Shown here piece after piece: positions 12,362 through 64,000 of a stretch of 64,000 bases of DNA; the first letter of the stretch is position 1, and each line of letters opens with the position of its first letter. The stretch is taken from NCBI GenBank assembly GCA_002269645.1, contig NIVC01000121.1, forward strand, positions 62,001 to 126,000, read 5' to 3'. This stretch comes from Macrostomum lignano (Eukaryota). The position numbers and the translations under genes were made by a program. The notes beneath the pieces are model-generated. The model made no database searches. It saw nothing but the letters and a program-made list of their open reading frames with translations, and had not been told where the DNA came from.

Positions 12362-13890
12362 TCCAACTTGATCATGAGATGGGATCTGTTTCCCAACTTA
12401 ATCATGAGATGGGATCTGTTTTCCAACTTGGATCATGAGATGGGATCTGTTTCCCAACTTAATCATGAGATGGGATCTGTTTTCCAACTTGGATCATGAG
12501 ATGGGATCTGTTTTCCAACTTAATCATGAGATGGGATCTGTTTTCCAACTTGGATCATGAGATGGAATCTGTTTTCCAACTTAATCATGAGATGGGATCT
12601 GTTTTCCAACTTGGATCATGAGATGGAATCTGTTTTCCAACTTGATCATGAGATGGGATCTGTTTCCCAACTTAATCATGAGATGGGATCTGTTTTCCAA
12701 CTTGGATCATGAGATGGGATCTGTTTCCCAACTTAATCATGAGATGGGATCTGTTTTCCAACTTGGATCATGAGATGGGATCTGTTTTCCAACTTAATCA
12801 TGAGATGGGATCTGTTTTCCAACTTGGATCATGAGATGGAATCTGTTTTCCAACTTGATCATGAGATGGGATCTGTTTCCCAACTTAATCATGAGATGGG
12901 ATCTGTTTTCCAACTTGATCATGAGATGGGATCTGTTTTCCAACTTGATCATGAGATGGGATCTGTTTTTCAACTTGGATCATGAGATGGAATCTGTTTT
13001 CCAACTTGATCATGAGATGGGATCTGTTTCCCAACTTGATCATGAGATGGGATCTGTTTCCCAACTTGATCATGAGATGGGATCTGTTTTTCAACTTGGA
13101 TCATGAGATGGGATCTGTTTTCCAACTTGGATCATGAGATGGGATCTGTTTTCCAACTTGGATCATGAGATGGGATCTGTTTTCCAACTTGGATCATGAG
13201 ATGGGATCTGTTTTCCAACTTGATCATGAGATGGGATCTGTTTTCCAACTTTATCATGAGATTGGATTCTTATTGATGGGATCTATTTTCCATCTTGATC
13301 ATGAGATGGGATTCCTATTGATGGGATCTATTTTCCAACTTGATCATGAGATGGGATTCCTATTGATGGGATCTATTTTCCAACTTGATCATGAGATGGG
13401 ATTCCTATTGATGGGATCTATTTTCCAACTTGATCATGAGATGGGATTCCTATTGATGGGATCTATTTTCTACCTTGATCATGAGATAAGATTCCTATTG
13501 ATGGGATCTATTTTCCACCTTGATCATGAGATGGGATTCCTATTGATGGGATCTATTTTCCACCTTGATAATGATATGGGATTCCTATTGATGGGATCTA
13601 TTTTCCACCTTGATCATGAGATGGAATCTTATTGATGGGATCTATTTTCCACCTTGATCATGAGATGGGAATCATATTGATGGGATCTATTTTCCACCTT
13701 GATCATGAGATGGGAATCATATTGATGGGATCTATTTTCCACCTTGATCATGAGATGGGATTCTTATTGATGGGATCTATTTTCCACCTTGATCATGAGA
13801 TGGGATTCTTATTGATGGGATCTATTTTCCACCTTGATCATGAGATGGGATTCTTATTGATGGGATCTATTTTCCATCTTGATCATGATC
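12362..13890. repeat. Compound minisatellite: 30/31-bp unit changing to a 45-bp unit at ~13260
   Basis: CCAACTTG(G)ATCATGAGATGGGATCTGTTTT, then CCACCTTGATCATGAGATGGGATTCCTATTGATGGGATCTATTTT. Confidence 0.95.
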
Positions 13891-14040
13891 TGGAACACTA
13901 GCAGTTTTTCATAATTAACTTTGCTATTTATTAAGCACACCGGATCTGAACGCACTCGCTGATTAAATTTTCAGGAGCCCATCGAACGGAAGTACAGAGC
14001 AAGTTTTAAATAGAATTTAGAATAAAATCTATCATTTATC

Positions 14041-17000
14041 ATGACAGCTACCGCCTCCTCAGCACCAGTGCTGCCATTCTCAGCCCTGACACTGTTTGAG
14101 TCCACCCTTCTCAACGCTGGCATGCTGCTAGATAGCATGTCTATGGACGAGCTCCTTGGCGCCATGCGACTGACAGCCAATCTGCACATTCAACTGATTG
14201 GCGCTATGCAGCCTTGCGCTACCGATCTGCAACGCAAATTAAATAATCTAGATTCTAATAATGCGCCAACTACTACTGATACTACTGCTAGTAACGACAA
14301 TGAGCAAACAATAAATAGACATGGAAATATTGGCAATGAGAACTCGGATGAGAATAGTGATAGTCTGAGTCGTGGTCAGCTTAATTCTATTCCGTCGTTA
14401 AAACGACGCTTATCGACTGATCGAGAAGTCTGTCCCGTGAAGCTGGAACGCCATGCTGATGCTGATGATGATGAAGAATTAGCTGAGCCGCCCAGTATGT
14501 CGCCGAAACCAGATTTGAATTCAACTGCTGATAATACTACTGCAAATAGTAGCCAATGGAGGAATCATCGAGGAGATTGTAGCGTTAAAGAGGCTGAATC
14601 TACTAATCCGCTTAACACAATCGTTATTATTGATGATGATGATGATGAGGATGATGATGCTGGTTTAGTTGATGAAGATTGTCCTACTATGACGGATGCT
14701 GGGCCATCGTCGGTTTCTATGACGTTTGGGAGCTTGATAATGCAACAACACCAACAACAGCATCAGCAGATCCCTGGCTCCGTCGTTGAGATGCACAAGA
14801 ACCGAATTAATGTTGGCGGAACTGCGCACATGCGGGTTGGTGGCCACTCTTCAGGCACAGCATTTTGTGATTTTTAGACTGTAAAATAGAAAGACTGAAT
14901 TTCTCCTAACTTTCTAAGGATATTTTTAGATCCCATCAAGATTGAATTGATCCCAAATCCTAAGGGATATTTCTAGATCCCAACAAGATTGAATTGATCC
15001 CAAATCCTAAGGGATATTTCTAGATCCCAACAAGATTGAATTGATCCCAAATCCTAATGGATATTTCTAGTTCCCAACAAGATTGGATTGATCCCAAATC
15101 CTAAGGGATATTTTTAGATCCCATCAAGATTGAATTGATCCCAAATCCTTAGGGATATTTCTAGATCCCAACAAGATTGAATTGATCCCAAATCCTTAGG
15201 GATATTTCTAGATCCCAACAAGATTGAATTGATCCCAAATCCTAACGGATATTTCTAGATCCCAACAAGATTGAATTGATCCCAAATCCTAATGGATATT
15301 TCTAGTTCCCAACAAGATTGAATTGATCCCAAATCCTAAGGGATATTTCTAGATCCCAACAAGATTGAATTGATCCCAAATCCTAAGGGATATTTCTAGT
15401 TCCCAACAAGATTGAATTGATCCCAAATCCTAAGGGATATTTCTAGATCCCAACAAGATTGAATTGATCCCAAATCCTAATGGATATTTCTAGTTCCCAA
15501 CAAGATTGAGTTAATCACAAATCCTAAGGGATATTTCTAGATCCCATCAGAGTTGATCCCAAATTAGCGATTCGTAAAATTCCTCAATAGATATCCGATT
15601 ACAAACGTAGTCCTCAATTTCAGAGTGTGCTCAAAGAGGCTTACAAGACACTAAGAGGCAGCGGGCCTCACCTATTCGACTTTTCAAAGCCGTGAGTGCA
15701 GATGTAGATATTTTTCCCGTTAATAAAGCTGATAAAGAGGATAAAATAATGGTATATCACTGCTGATTATTTTGCAGTTGGACTGAGAATTCGAATCAGA
15801 CTGTGGCGCAGAATGTAATCTCGCATGGTCAGATCAGTGCCGATTTTGAGTCTGATCAGGAAGACTGGCTGTGTGAGTATAACCTGATGGTTTGTTTATT
15901 TTTTACCACTAGCATTGAGTTTATTTTATTTGATTATAATGCGTGATTTTAGTAAGCATCCAACTATTCTTATGAAATTCTTTTATATAAGCACAGCACA
16001 CCTGTAACACCTAAAACCCCCAGTTTTGAGCATACCTTTAACACCTGGAACCCCCAGTTTTGAGCACACCTGTAACACCTGGAACTCCCCAGTTTTGAGC
16101 ACACCTGTAACACCTGGAACTCCCCAGTTTTGAGCACACCTGTAACACCTGGAACTCCCCAGTTTTGAGCACACCTGTAACACCTGGTACTCCCCAGTTT
16201 TGTGCACACCTGTAACACCTGGAACTCCCCAGTTTTGAGCACACCTGTAACACCTGGAACTCCCCAGTTTTGAGCACACCTGTAACACCTGGTACTCCCC
16301 AGTTTTGTGCACACCTGTAACACCTGGAACTCCCCAGTTTTGAGCACACCTGTAACACCTGGAACTCCCCAGTTTTGAGCACACCTGTAACACCTGGTAC
16401 TCCCCAGTTTTGTGCACACCTGTAACACCTGGAACTCCCCAGTTTTGAGCACACCTGTAACACCTGGAACTCCCCAGTTTTGAGCACACCTGTAACACCT
16501 GGTACTCCCCAGTTTTGTGCACACCTGTAACACCTGGAACTCCAGTTTTGAGCACACCTGGAACACCTGGAACTCCCCAGTTTTGAACGCACCTTTGATC
16601 TCATCACCTGGAAGTCCATATTAATGGTAAGAGTATTTATTTTATTTCCTTCCAGCCGCCTGCTACCTGGAGTTCCGATCTATGCAATCTTTCTGTCTGC
16701 GCAATCGTCCAGTTTGGCGTAAAGGCAAACGTCAAAAAGCGGTTGGTGTTGGTTATTATTTTAATGTCGTATTATTCCTAGAGCTCGTCTGTTCGCAGAA
16801 GTATTATCACTTCCCGCTCTAAATTTGATAACTTCATCTGTTTAAGTGTCACTGGATCACCTTTTCAAGCGCCACTAGATAATCTATCTAGTTAAATGCC
16901 ATTAGATCAGCTATTTAAGCGTCTCTAGATCATCTATTTAGGCTTCACTAGATCATCTAATGAAGCGCCACTAGATCATCTAATGAAGCGCCACTAGATC

Positions 17001-17596
17001 ATCTAATCAAGCGCCACTAGACCATCTATTTAAGCGCCACTAGATCATCTAATCAAGCGCCACTAGACCATCTATTTAAGCGCCACTAGATCATCTAATG
17101 AAGCGCCACTAGATCATCTAATGAAGCGCCACTAGATCATCTAATGAAGCGCCACTAGATCATCTAATGAAGCGCCACTAGATCATCTAATCAAGCGCCA
17201 CTAGACCATCTATTTAAGCGCCACTAGATCATCTACAATAGAATCAGCCGATATTTTCAGAAACTCGGTCGCCGCCAGAAGGCATTCGAAGCCCTGCTGC
17301 CAAGTCTGACGCCAGACGAACTTGAACAATACCGAGTTGTGCTCACCAGAGATGTCACATCATCAGACGAAGAAGACGAAGATGAGACTCTGAGAGTTCG
17401 CGACCTGCCCTGGCAGTCCGACCGGATGCGCGAGATGAAGCAGCGACTTGATGAAGCTTTCACGCTGAGATTTGCCACCATCAAGCAGCGCTGTCAGCTG
17501 GCCAAGTGCGTCAGGCATCCCGAGGTGGTCAGCAGTAGGTCTGTGCCAATGGGTGTGCCACAATGGGCAATTGCTCCGGCTTATAGACCTGGCTAG
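14041..17596 (+). CDS. Paralog B: spliced gene for a ~470 aa C14orf93/DUF4616-like protein. Exons 14041-14835, 15591-15691, 15778-15872, 16656-16741, 17261-17596
   Basis: Phases 0,2,1,0 give 1413 nt in frame. It aligns with A at the N-terminus (FSALTLFESTLLNAGMLLDSM vs FSPLTMFECTISSATMLIDSM), in the middle (LKEAYKTLRGSGPHLFDF vs LRKAYRVLKDESGTDVFDF) and at the C-terminus (KLGRRQKAF..TSSDEED..LRVRDLPWQSDRMREMKQRLD). The first donor (CGG|GTTGGT) is the least certain. Confidence 0.7.
14915..15565. repeat. 47-bp minisatellite in intron 1 of paralog B
   Basis: GATCCCAACAAGATTGAATTGATCCCAAATCCTAAGGGATATTTCTA in tandem. Confidence 0.95.
15995..16600. repeat. 35-bp minisatellite (CACCTGTAACACCTGGAACTCCCCAGTTTTGAGCA)
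   Basis: Direct tandem copies. Confidence 0.95.
16860..17235. repeat. 23-bp minisatellite (GCGCCACTAGATCATCTAATGAA)
   Basis: Direct tandem copies. Confidence 0.92.
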
Positions 17597-17829
17597 ATTG
17601 ATTGTTGTTTTTTTGTAACTCTATAATCAGTTGAGTCAATATGATGTAAGTCTACTGAGCTCTCCTGATGATCTGTTTTGATCTGCTCTCTGTGCTTTTA
17701 TGCAGCCTAAGCTGTTGTTTCTAGTGTTTTTTGGTGTATTGAATATACTGCAGTAGAACTACATTTTATAGAGCTCACTCTGTTCTCTAATTAATGATTC
17801 TCTTCATGTCGCCTTTCTATCACCCTTTC

Positions 17830-18665
17830 CCTCCTTTCTCCTCTCCTCCCTCTCTTCCTCCTCTCTCCCTCTCTCCCTCCTCTCTCCCTCCCTCCTCTCT
17901 CCCTCTCTCCCTCTCTCCCTCTCTCCCTCCCTCTCTCCCTCCCTCCTCTCTCCCTCTCTCCCTCTCTCCCTCCCTCCTCTCTCCCTCTCTCCCTCCTCTC
18001 TCCCTCTCTCCCTCCCTCTCTCCCTCCCTCCTCTCTCCCTCTCTCCCTCCTCTCTCCCTCTCTCCCTCTCTCCCTCCCTCTCTCCCTCCTCCTCTCTCCC
18101 TCTCTCCCTCTCTCCCTCCCTCCTCTCTCCTCTCTCCCTCCTCTCTCCTCTCTCCCTCCCTCCTCTCTCCCTCTCTCCCTCCTCTCTCCCTCCCTCCTCT
18201 CTCCCTCTCTCCCTCTCTCCCTCTCTCCCTCCTCTCTCCCTCCTTCCTCTCTCCCTCTCTCCCTCTCTCCCTCTCTCCCTCTCTCCCTCTCTCCCTCCTC
18301 TTCCTCTCTCCCTCCTCTCTTTCTCTCCCCTCTAACCCCGCCTATTTAATAACTTTTACAACGCCACTTGTCGCTACTTTTCACTTGCCCTGACGAAGAA
18401 ATATAATAATTTCGAAATATCGGCAATTCAGTTAAACTAACTTTGTTCAGTCCTTTCTACCGTTACCGTGTCAGTGCCTGAGATTGGAGGTGCCCTCCTC
18501 TCTCCCTCTCTCTACCTCCTTTCTCCCTCTCTACCTCCTCTCTCCCTTCCCTCTCTCCCTCTCTCCCTCCTCTCTCCCTCTCTCCTTCCTCTCTCCCTTC
18601 CCTCTGCCAGGTCTGCCTCTTCTCTTCTTTCCTCTTTCCCCTCTTCTCCCCTCTTCCTCTCTCAC
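17830..18665. repeat. CT-rich polypyrimidine low-complexity tracts (17830-18330, 18490-18665)
   Basis: (CTCTCCCTCC)n-like sequence. Confidence 0.92.
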
Positions 18666-19299
18666 CAATATCCTTGCCTGTGTCAATTTGCAGAATTATT
18701 CTATTAATGTTTAGCTTGCTACTCTGATCAGTTTAAGAAAAAAAAACTTGAACAAACAATCTCTGTCATTCATTCTATCTAAAGAGAATATGTTTTATTT
18801 ATATATTTTGCTTGATAATTAGTTGATATTAAAGGATATCATCCTAAGATCGTTATAACATTCCTTGCCGTTGCAATCATATTAGCATACACTTAGCTGC
18901 ATGTATGCTCTTATATAGAAGCTATATAATTACTACGGTCTAAGCTTTGATTTTGCATTTTTTAAATTGCAACTACCTAAATAATCATGTACCAGTAGAT
19001 ATTATAAACGATGAAATACACATTTCTACCGTTATAATGTAGTTTGTATATACGAATATGTATAACGGGTGTGTCTCAAAAACAGCCTATCATTCTATAT
19101 TGACTCTCCTGTTTGACATTTTCACGCTCTGATCTCTAGACTATTCTAAATTTCAGCAATCAGGATCAGTTGTAGAAATAATGTTTTGTAGCCAGAATAT
19201 AATTGCTTTGAAATTCTTTTAGCCAGGGCCGGAGCAGTGCTAATTTGAACAGCCTGGCTTGGCTTGCGGTCTTGGGCGACTAAAGCTTAAAATTTAGAC

Positions 19300-20360
19300 C
19301 TGTCCGTTGGATTGGCTTTAATGTCTATGGCTGATTTGTGGCAGTGGCTTTGATTGGCTTTATTGTCTATGGCCGATTTGTGGCAGTGGCTTTGACTGGC
19401 TTTATTGTCTATGGCCGATTTGTGGCAGTGGCTTTGATTGGCTTTATTGTCTATGGCCGATTTGTGGCAGTGGCTTTGATTGGCTTTATTGTCTATGGCC
19501 GATTTGTGGCAGTAGCTTTGATTGGCTTTATTGTCTATGGCCGATTTTTGGCAGTGGCTTTGATTGGCTTTATTGTCTATGGCCGATTTGTGGCAGTGGC
19601 TTTGACTGGCTTTATTGTCCATGGCCGATTTGTTGCAGTGGCTTTGATTGGCTTTATTGTCTATGGCCGATTTGTGGCAGTGGCTTTGATTGGCTTTATT
19701 GTCTATGGCCGATTTGTGGCAGTAGCTTTGATTGGCTTTATTGTCTATGGCCGATTTGTGGCAGTGGCTTTGATTGGCTTTATTGTCTGGCCGATTTGTG
19801 GCAGTGGCTTTGATTGGCTCTATTGTCTATGGCTGATTTGTGGCAGTGGCTTTGATTGGCTCTATTGTCTATGGCTGATTTGTGGCAGTGGCTTTGATTG
19901 GCTTTATTGTCTATGGCCGATTTGTGGCAGTGGCTTTGATTGGCTTTATTGTCTATGGCCGATTTGTGGCAGTAGCTTTGATTGGCTTTATTGTCTATGG
20001 CCGATTTTTGGCAGTGGCTTTGACTGGCTTTATTGTCCATGGCCGATTTGTTGCAGTGGCTTTGATTGGCTTTATTGTCTATGGCCGATTTGTGGCAGTG
20101 GCTTTGATTGGCTTTATTGTCTATGGCCGATTTGTGGCAGTAGCTTTGATTGGCTTTATTGTCTATGGCCGATTTGTGGCAGTGGCTTTGATTGGCTTTA
20201 TTGTCTGGCCGATTTGTGGCAGTGGCTTTGATTGGCTCTATTGTCTATGGCTGATTTGTGGCAGTGGCTTTGATTGGCTCTATTGTCTATGGTTGATTTG
20301 TGGCAGTGGCTTTGATTGGCTTTATTGTCTATGGCCAATTTTTGGCAGTGGCTTTGATTA
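19300..20360. repeat. 42-bp minisatellite (GATTTGTGGCAGTGGCTTTGATTGGCTTTATTGTCTATGGCC)
   Basis: Direct tandem copies. Confidence 0.95.
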
Positions 20361-22278
20361 GCTTTATTATAGTTAGCCTAAGCATGTTGAAACGGGGTGA
20401 AATGCACGGCTGCCCGCCCGCTGCAATTGTCTATGGCTGACCAATAAATAAAAAACTCTTATGCATATTTGTATTTTGTGAATGTTTTTATAACTTGTGC
20501 GAGTATATTTCGAAAGTAAAGCTTAGTACCATAGACAACAGCGTACATTAACAACATAGAACTTTAGCGGCGATAATATGCAAACACGAAGCATAGTAGC
20601 AATTTGATGAACAGACTAACTTCACTAAGGAACACCGCCAATATATATAACAACCTAAAGTCAGACAGACACAAGAAACGATACGCTTGTAAGTAGTTAA
20701 TAAACATTAGATTTTGTAGCCTAGACAAATATATAGATCAATTTGTCAAACAGGTATAACTAATTTATCAGTCTAAACAATCTGTGGGTCAGTCTAATGT
20801 CCACCTGAACGTCACCTCATCTTCGTTGATGAGACCGGTTTCAACATTTGGACTCGCCGGTCCCAATGACGCAGCAGACGTGGCCAGCGAGTCGGACGTG
20901 TTTTGGAAACGCAGCGAGGGGTTCAGGTCAATGTCCTGCAGACAGTGGCACCAAATCTCGGCTTGGTACACCACAAGATTGTCGGTCACACATTTGTCGA
21001 GGAGCTGCTCCATGCTGTCAACAATCGAGATGATGTAGACAATGCCGACAACTTCTTAGTCATCATGACGGGCTGAGGATCCCCCAGCAGTTTGAGCTGA
21101 ACTGGCAGGTTGTAGTATGGCCGCATTCCTGTTTGAAGGCGGCCATCAAGCGGCAACTTGCGCAGCCACAGGTGCAAATCGAATTGGACAATCCACCCCC
21201 AGAGACGACACTGCTCGAGTGGCGCGTACGATCGTTCTTCATCGGATTGCGGAGGAGGCAACGGCTGAGATCACAGTAGCCAAATGCGGTGGCTGGTTTT
21301 GGCAGATGCTTCGCTTCATCCCGCGCTGCTTAAATGAGGAAGAAAATCTCTGAGCATTGATCGGGTTTGATTTCAATCTGTCCAACACTGTTTTGAGAGA
21401 CACGATTGTTGTTGGCTTATACTGTATGCCATGGTTTTGCCTTTGCCTGTTTTGATTGGTTTCTCTGAAATCAAAGTGTTAATGTCAATCGTTTTTTGAT
21501 ATGCCATCTATTTGCAGACGTTATTTCAGTGAAGTTATTCGTAAAGGATACACGAGCACTGTGAAAAGGCTTAATTGCGCGCCCAGATTGGTTGCTCCAT
21601 AGACCCCCTTTTGGCCATTGACAATGAGAAACAAGTCTTCAATAGCTTGATTCTCCCAATAAGGATTAAATTGCTTGCTCTGGATTGGAAAATGCTATAG
21701 TCAATACTATCGAGCGTATTGTAGTTTATGGTTTAATCTGCCCCCTCCCCTGAATTTTTGGCCAGGACTAAAAAAATTGCAAGTTGCTTTCAATCGATAA
21801 AAATGGCCAACAAAATTTCTGTAGTATTAATGCACAGTTTTGAAATTTGCTATTCTGAAGGCACCTGAATAGTCTGAGTGACAGCTCGACTCTTTCCACT
21901 TGTCTTACTCATTGGATCTCAAAAAAATGATAAAATTGGCATTTAGCAATAACTCCTGCTGTGGTGCTAAAAGTATAGCCACTCTTATTGACGAAAAAAA
22001 TTCTTTAGTTTTTCTTTCGACCTTCCTTTCTGGGATCTAAAACTCCTCATCCTCTCGAGCATGCATATTTTAGCTCCAGATCTTCAGATAGTCGAGCTCA
22101 AGTGTCGAGTTCTTCTGTTGAACAGCTGTTAGAGGAATTTTCTCGCTAGCCGAGAGTAGCTCTGCAATTAGCTCTTTAGGTTCTAGATAAATTGTTAGCT
22201 TTCTTCAGTTGCATTGTATGCTTTAGAAGTTTATTAATAGTCTTATTCAGCTGTAGTTAGCGACAGGACCTGTGTTAA

Positions 22279-62898
<40,620 letters not shown>

Positions 62899-62949
62899 GT
62901 GAGTACCGTGTGTCATTAGTATTTGTATGTTTTTTGCTGTTCAGTATCT

Positions 62950-64000
62950 TCTTGAGCATTCATCAGACATTTTAAAGCATTCGTCAGACTCTTTTTGAGC
63001 ATTCGTCAGACTCTTTCTGAACATTCGTCAGACTCTTTCTGAACATTCGTCAGACTCTTTTTGAGCATTCGTCAGACTCTTTTTGAGCATTCGTCAGACC
63101 CTTTTTGAGCATTCGTCAGACTCTTTTTGAGCATTCGTCAGACTCTTTTTGAGCATTCGTTTGATTCTTTTTGAGCATTCGTCAGACTCTTTTTGAGCAT
63201 TCGTCAGACCCTTTTTGAGCATTCGTCAGACTCTTTTTGAGCATTCGTTTGATTCTTTTTGAGCATTCGTTTGTGTCGTGTCGTAGCAATAAGAAAGACT
63301 CTTTTCTATTTGAGAGAGCTCTTAGCTGAGCGTAGAATACGAGACTTCAACTGGTAGCCAAACCGGCCTTTATATTATATTGAATATGACCGACGGCAAC
63401 ATGCCGCCTACATTAGGAGTACAGCGCGATCAAACTTCAAGCTTTAGCATATAGAATAGAAAGATGCAACGTGCCGCGCGTGCACACTAAGTACGAGTAC
63501 ATTGGTAATGAGTACACTAGATATCAAGTACGCAGATACGCAACGCGAGTCAGAGATAGTTAGTGAGCCCCGCCAAGCGGCGCCACAGTTTGATTCTTTT
63601 TGAGCATTCGTCACACTCTTTTTGAGCATTCGTCAGACTCTTTTTGAGCATTCGTCAGACTCTTTCTGAGCATTCGTCTGACTCTTTTTGAGCATTCGTC
63701 AGACTCTTTCTGAGCATTCGTCTGACTCTTTCTGAGCATTCGTCTGACTCTTTTTGAGCATTCGTTTGATTCTTTTTGAGCATTCGTCAGACTCCTTTTG
63801 AGCATTCGTCAGACTCTTTTTGAGCATTCGTCAGACTCTTTTTGAGCATTCGTCAGACTCTTTCTGAGCATTCGTCTGACTCTTTCTGAGCATTCGTCTG
63901 ACTCTTTTTGAGCATTCGTTTGATTCTTTTTGAGCATTCGTCAGACTCCTTTTGAGCATTCGTCAGACTCTTTTTGAGCATTCGTCAGACTCTTTTTGAG
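62950..64000. repeat. 22-bp minisatellite (GAGCATTCGTCAGACTCTTTTT) interrupted by a solo LTR
   Basis: Direct tandem copies. Confidence 0.95.
63274..63587. mobile_element. Solo LTR (314 bp) inserted in a 22-bp minisatellite
   Basis: Unique sequence beginning TGT and ending ACA, flanked by a perfect 5-bp direct repeat GTTTG (63269-63273, 63588-63592). Confidence 0.75.

Noticed and set aside
20375-20460. Possible 3-prime end of a dispersed repeat ending in AATAAATAAA
   Set aside because: It is single-copy in the window and too short to classify without a database search.

Overview
Eukaryotic (metazoan) genomic DNA with GT-AG introns and about 40 different tandem-repeat arrays. The style (tiny GC-rich exons, ~80-90 nt minimal introns, extreme minisatellite load) is reminiscent of the flatworm Macrostomum, which is an inference only. 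Nearly all long ORFs in the six-frame track are artefacts of tandem repeats. Reading splice sites by hand gives four probable genes. (1) and (2) are two diverged, intact tandem paralogs on + (2331-11034, ~409 aa; 14041-17596, ~470 aa) with a C-terminal C14orf93/DUF4616-like motif. (3) is a gene of at least 38 exons on + (22279 to >62898, running off the window) for a secreted protein of >2000 aa. It has a signal peptide, an Ala/Pro linker, 37 strictly alternating Lys/Arg/Cys-rich modules (19 A, 18 B) on phase-1 exons, then VWD-C8-TIL, so it is a candidate cationic gel, adhesive or cement protein. One of its exons is 1 nt short. (4) is an antisense type-I membrane protein gene nested in intron 27 of gene 3. 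Mobile elements: a hAT-like TIR element carrying a minisatellite, two copies of a tRNA-derived SINE, and a solo LTR with a 5-bp TSD. All exon coordinates were derived by eye and checked for phase consistency; no searches were run.
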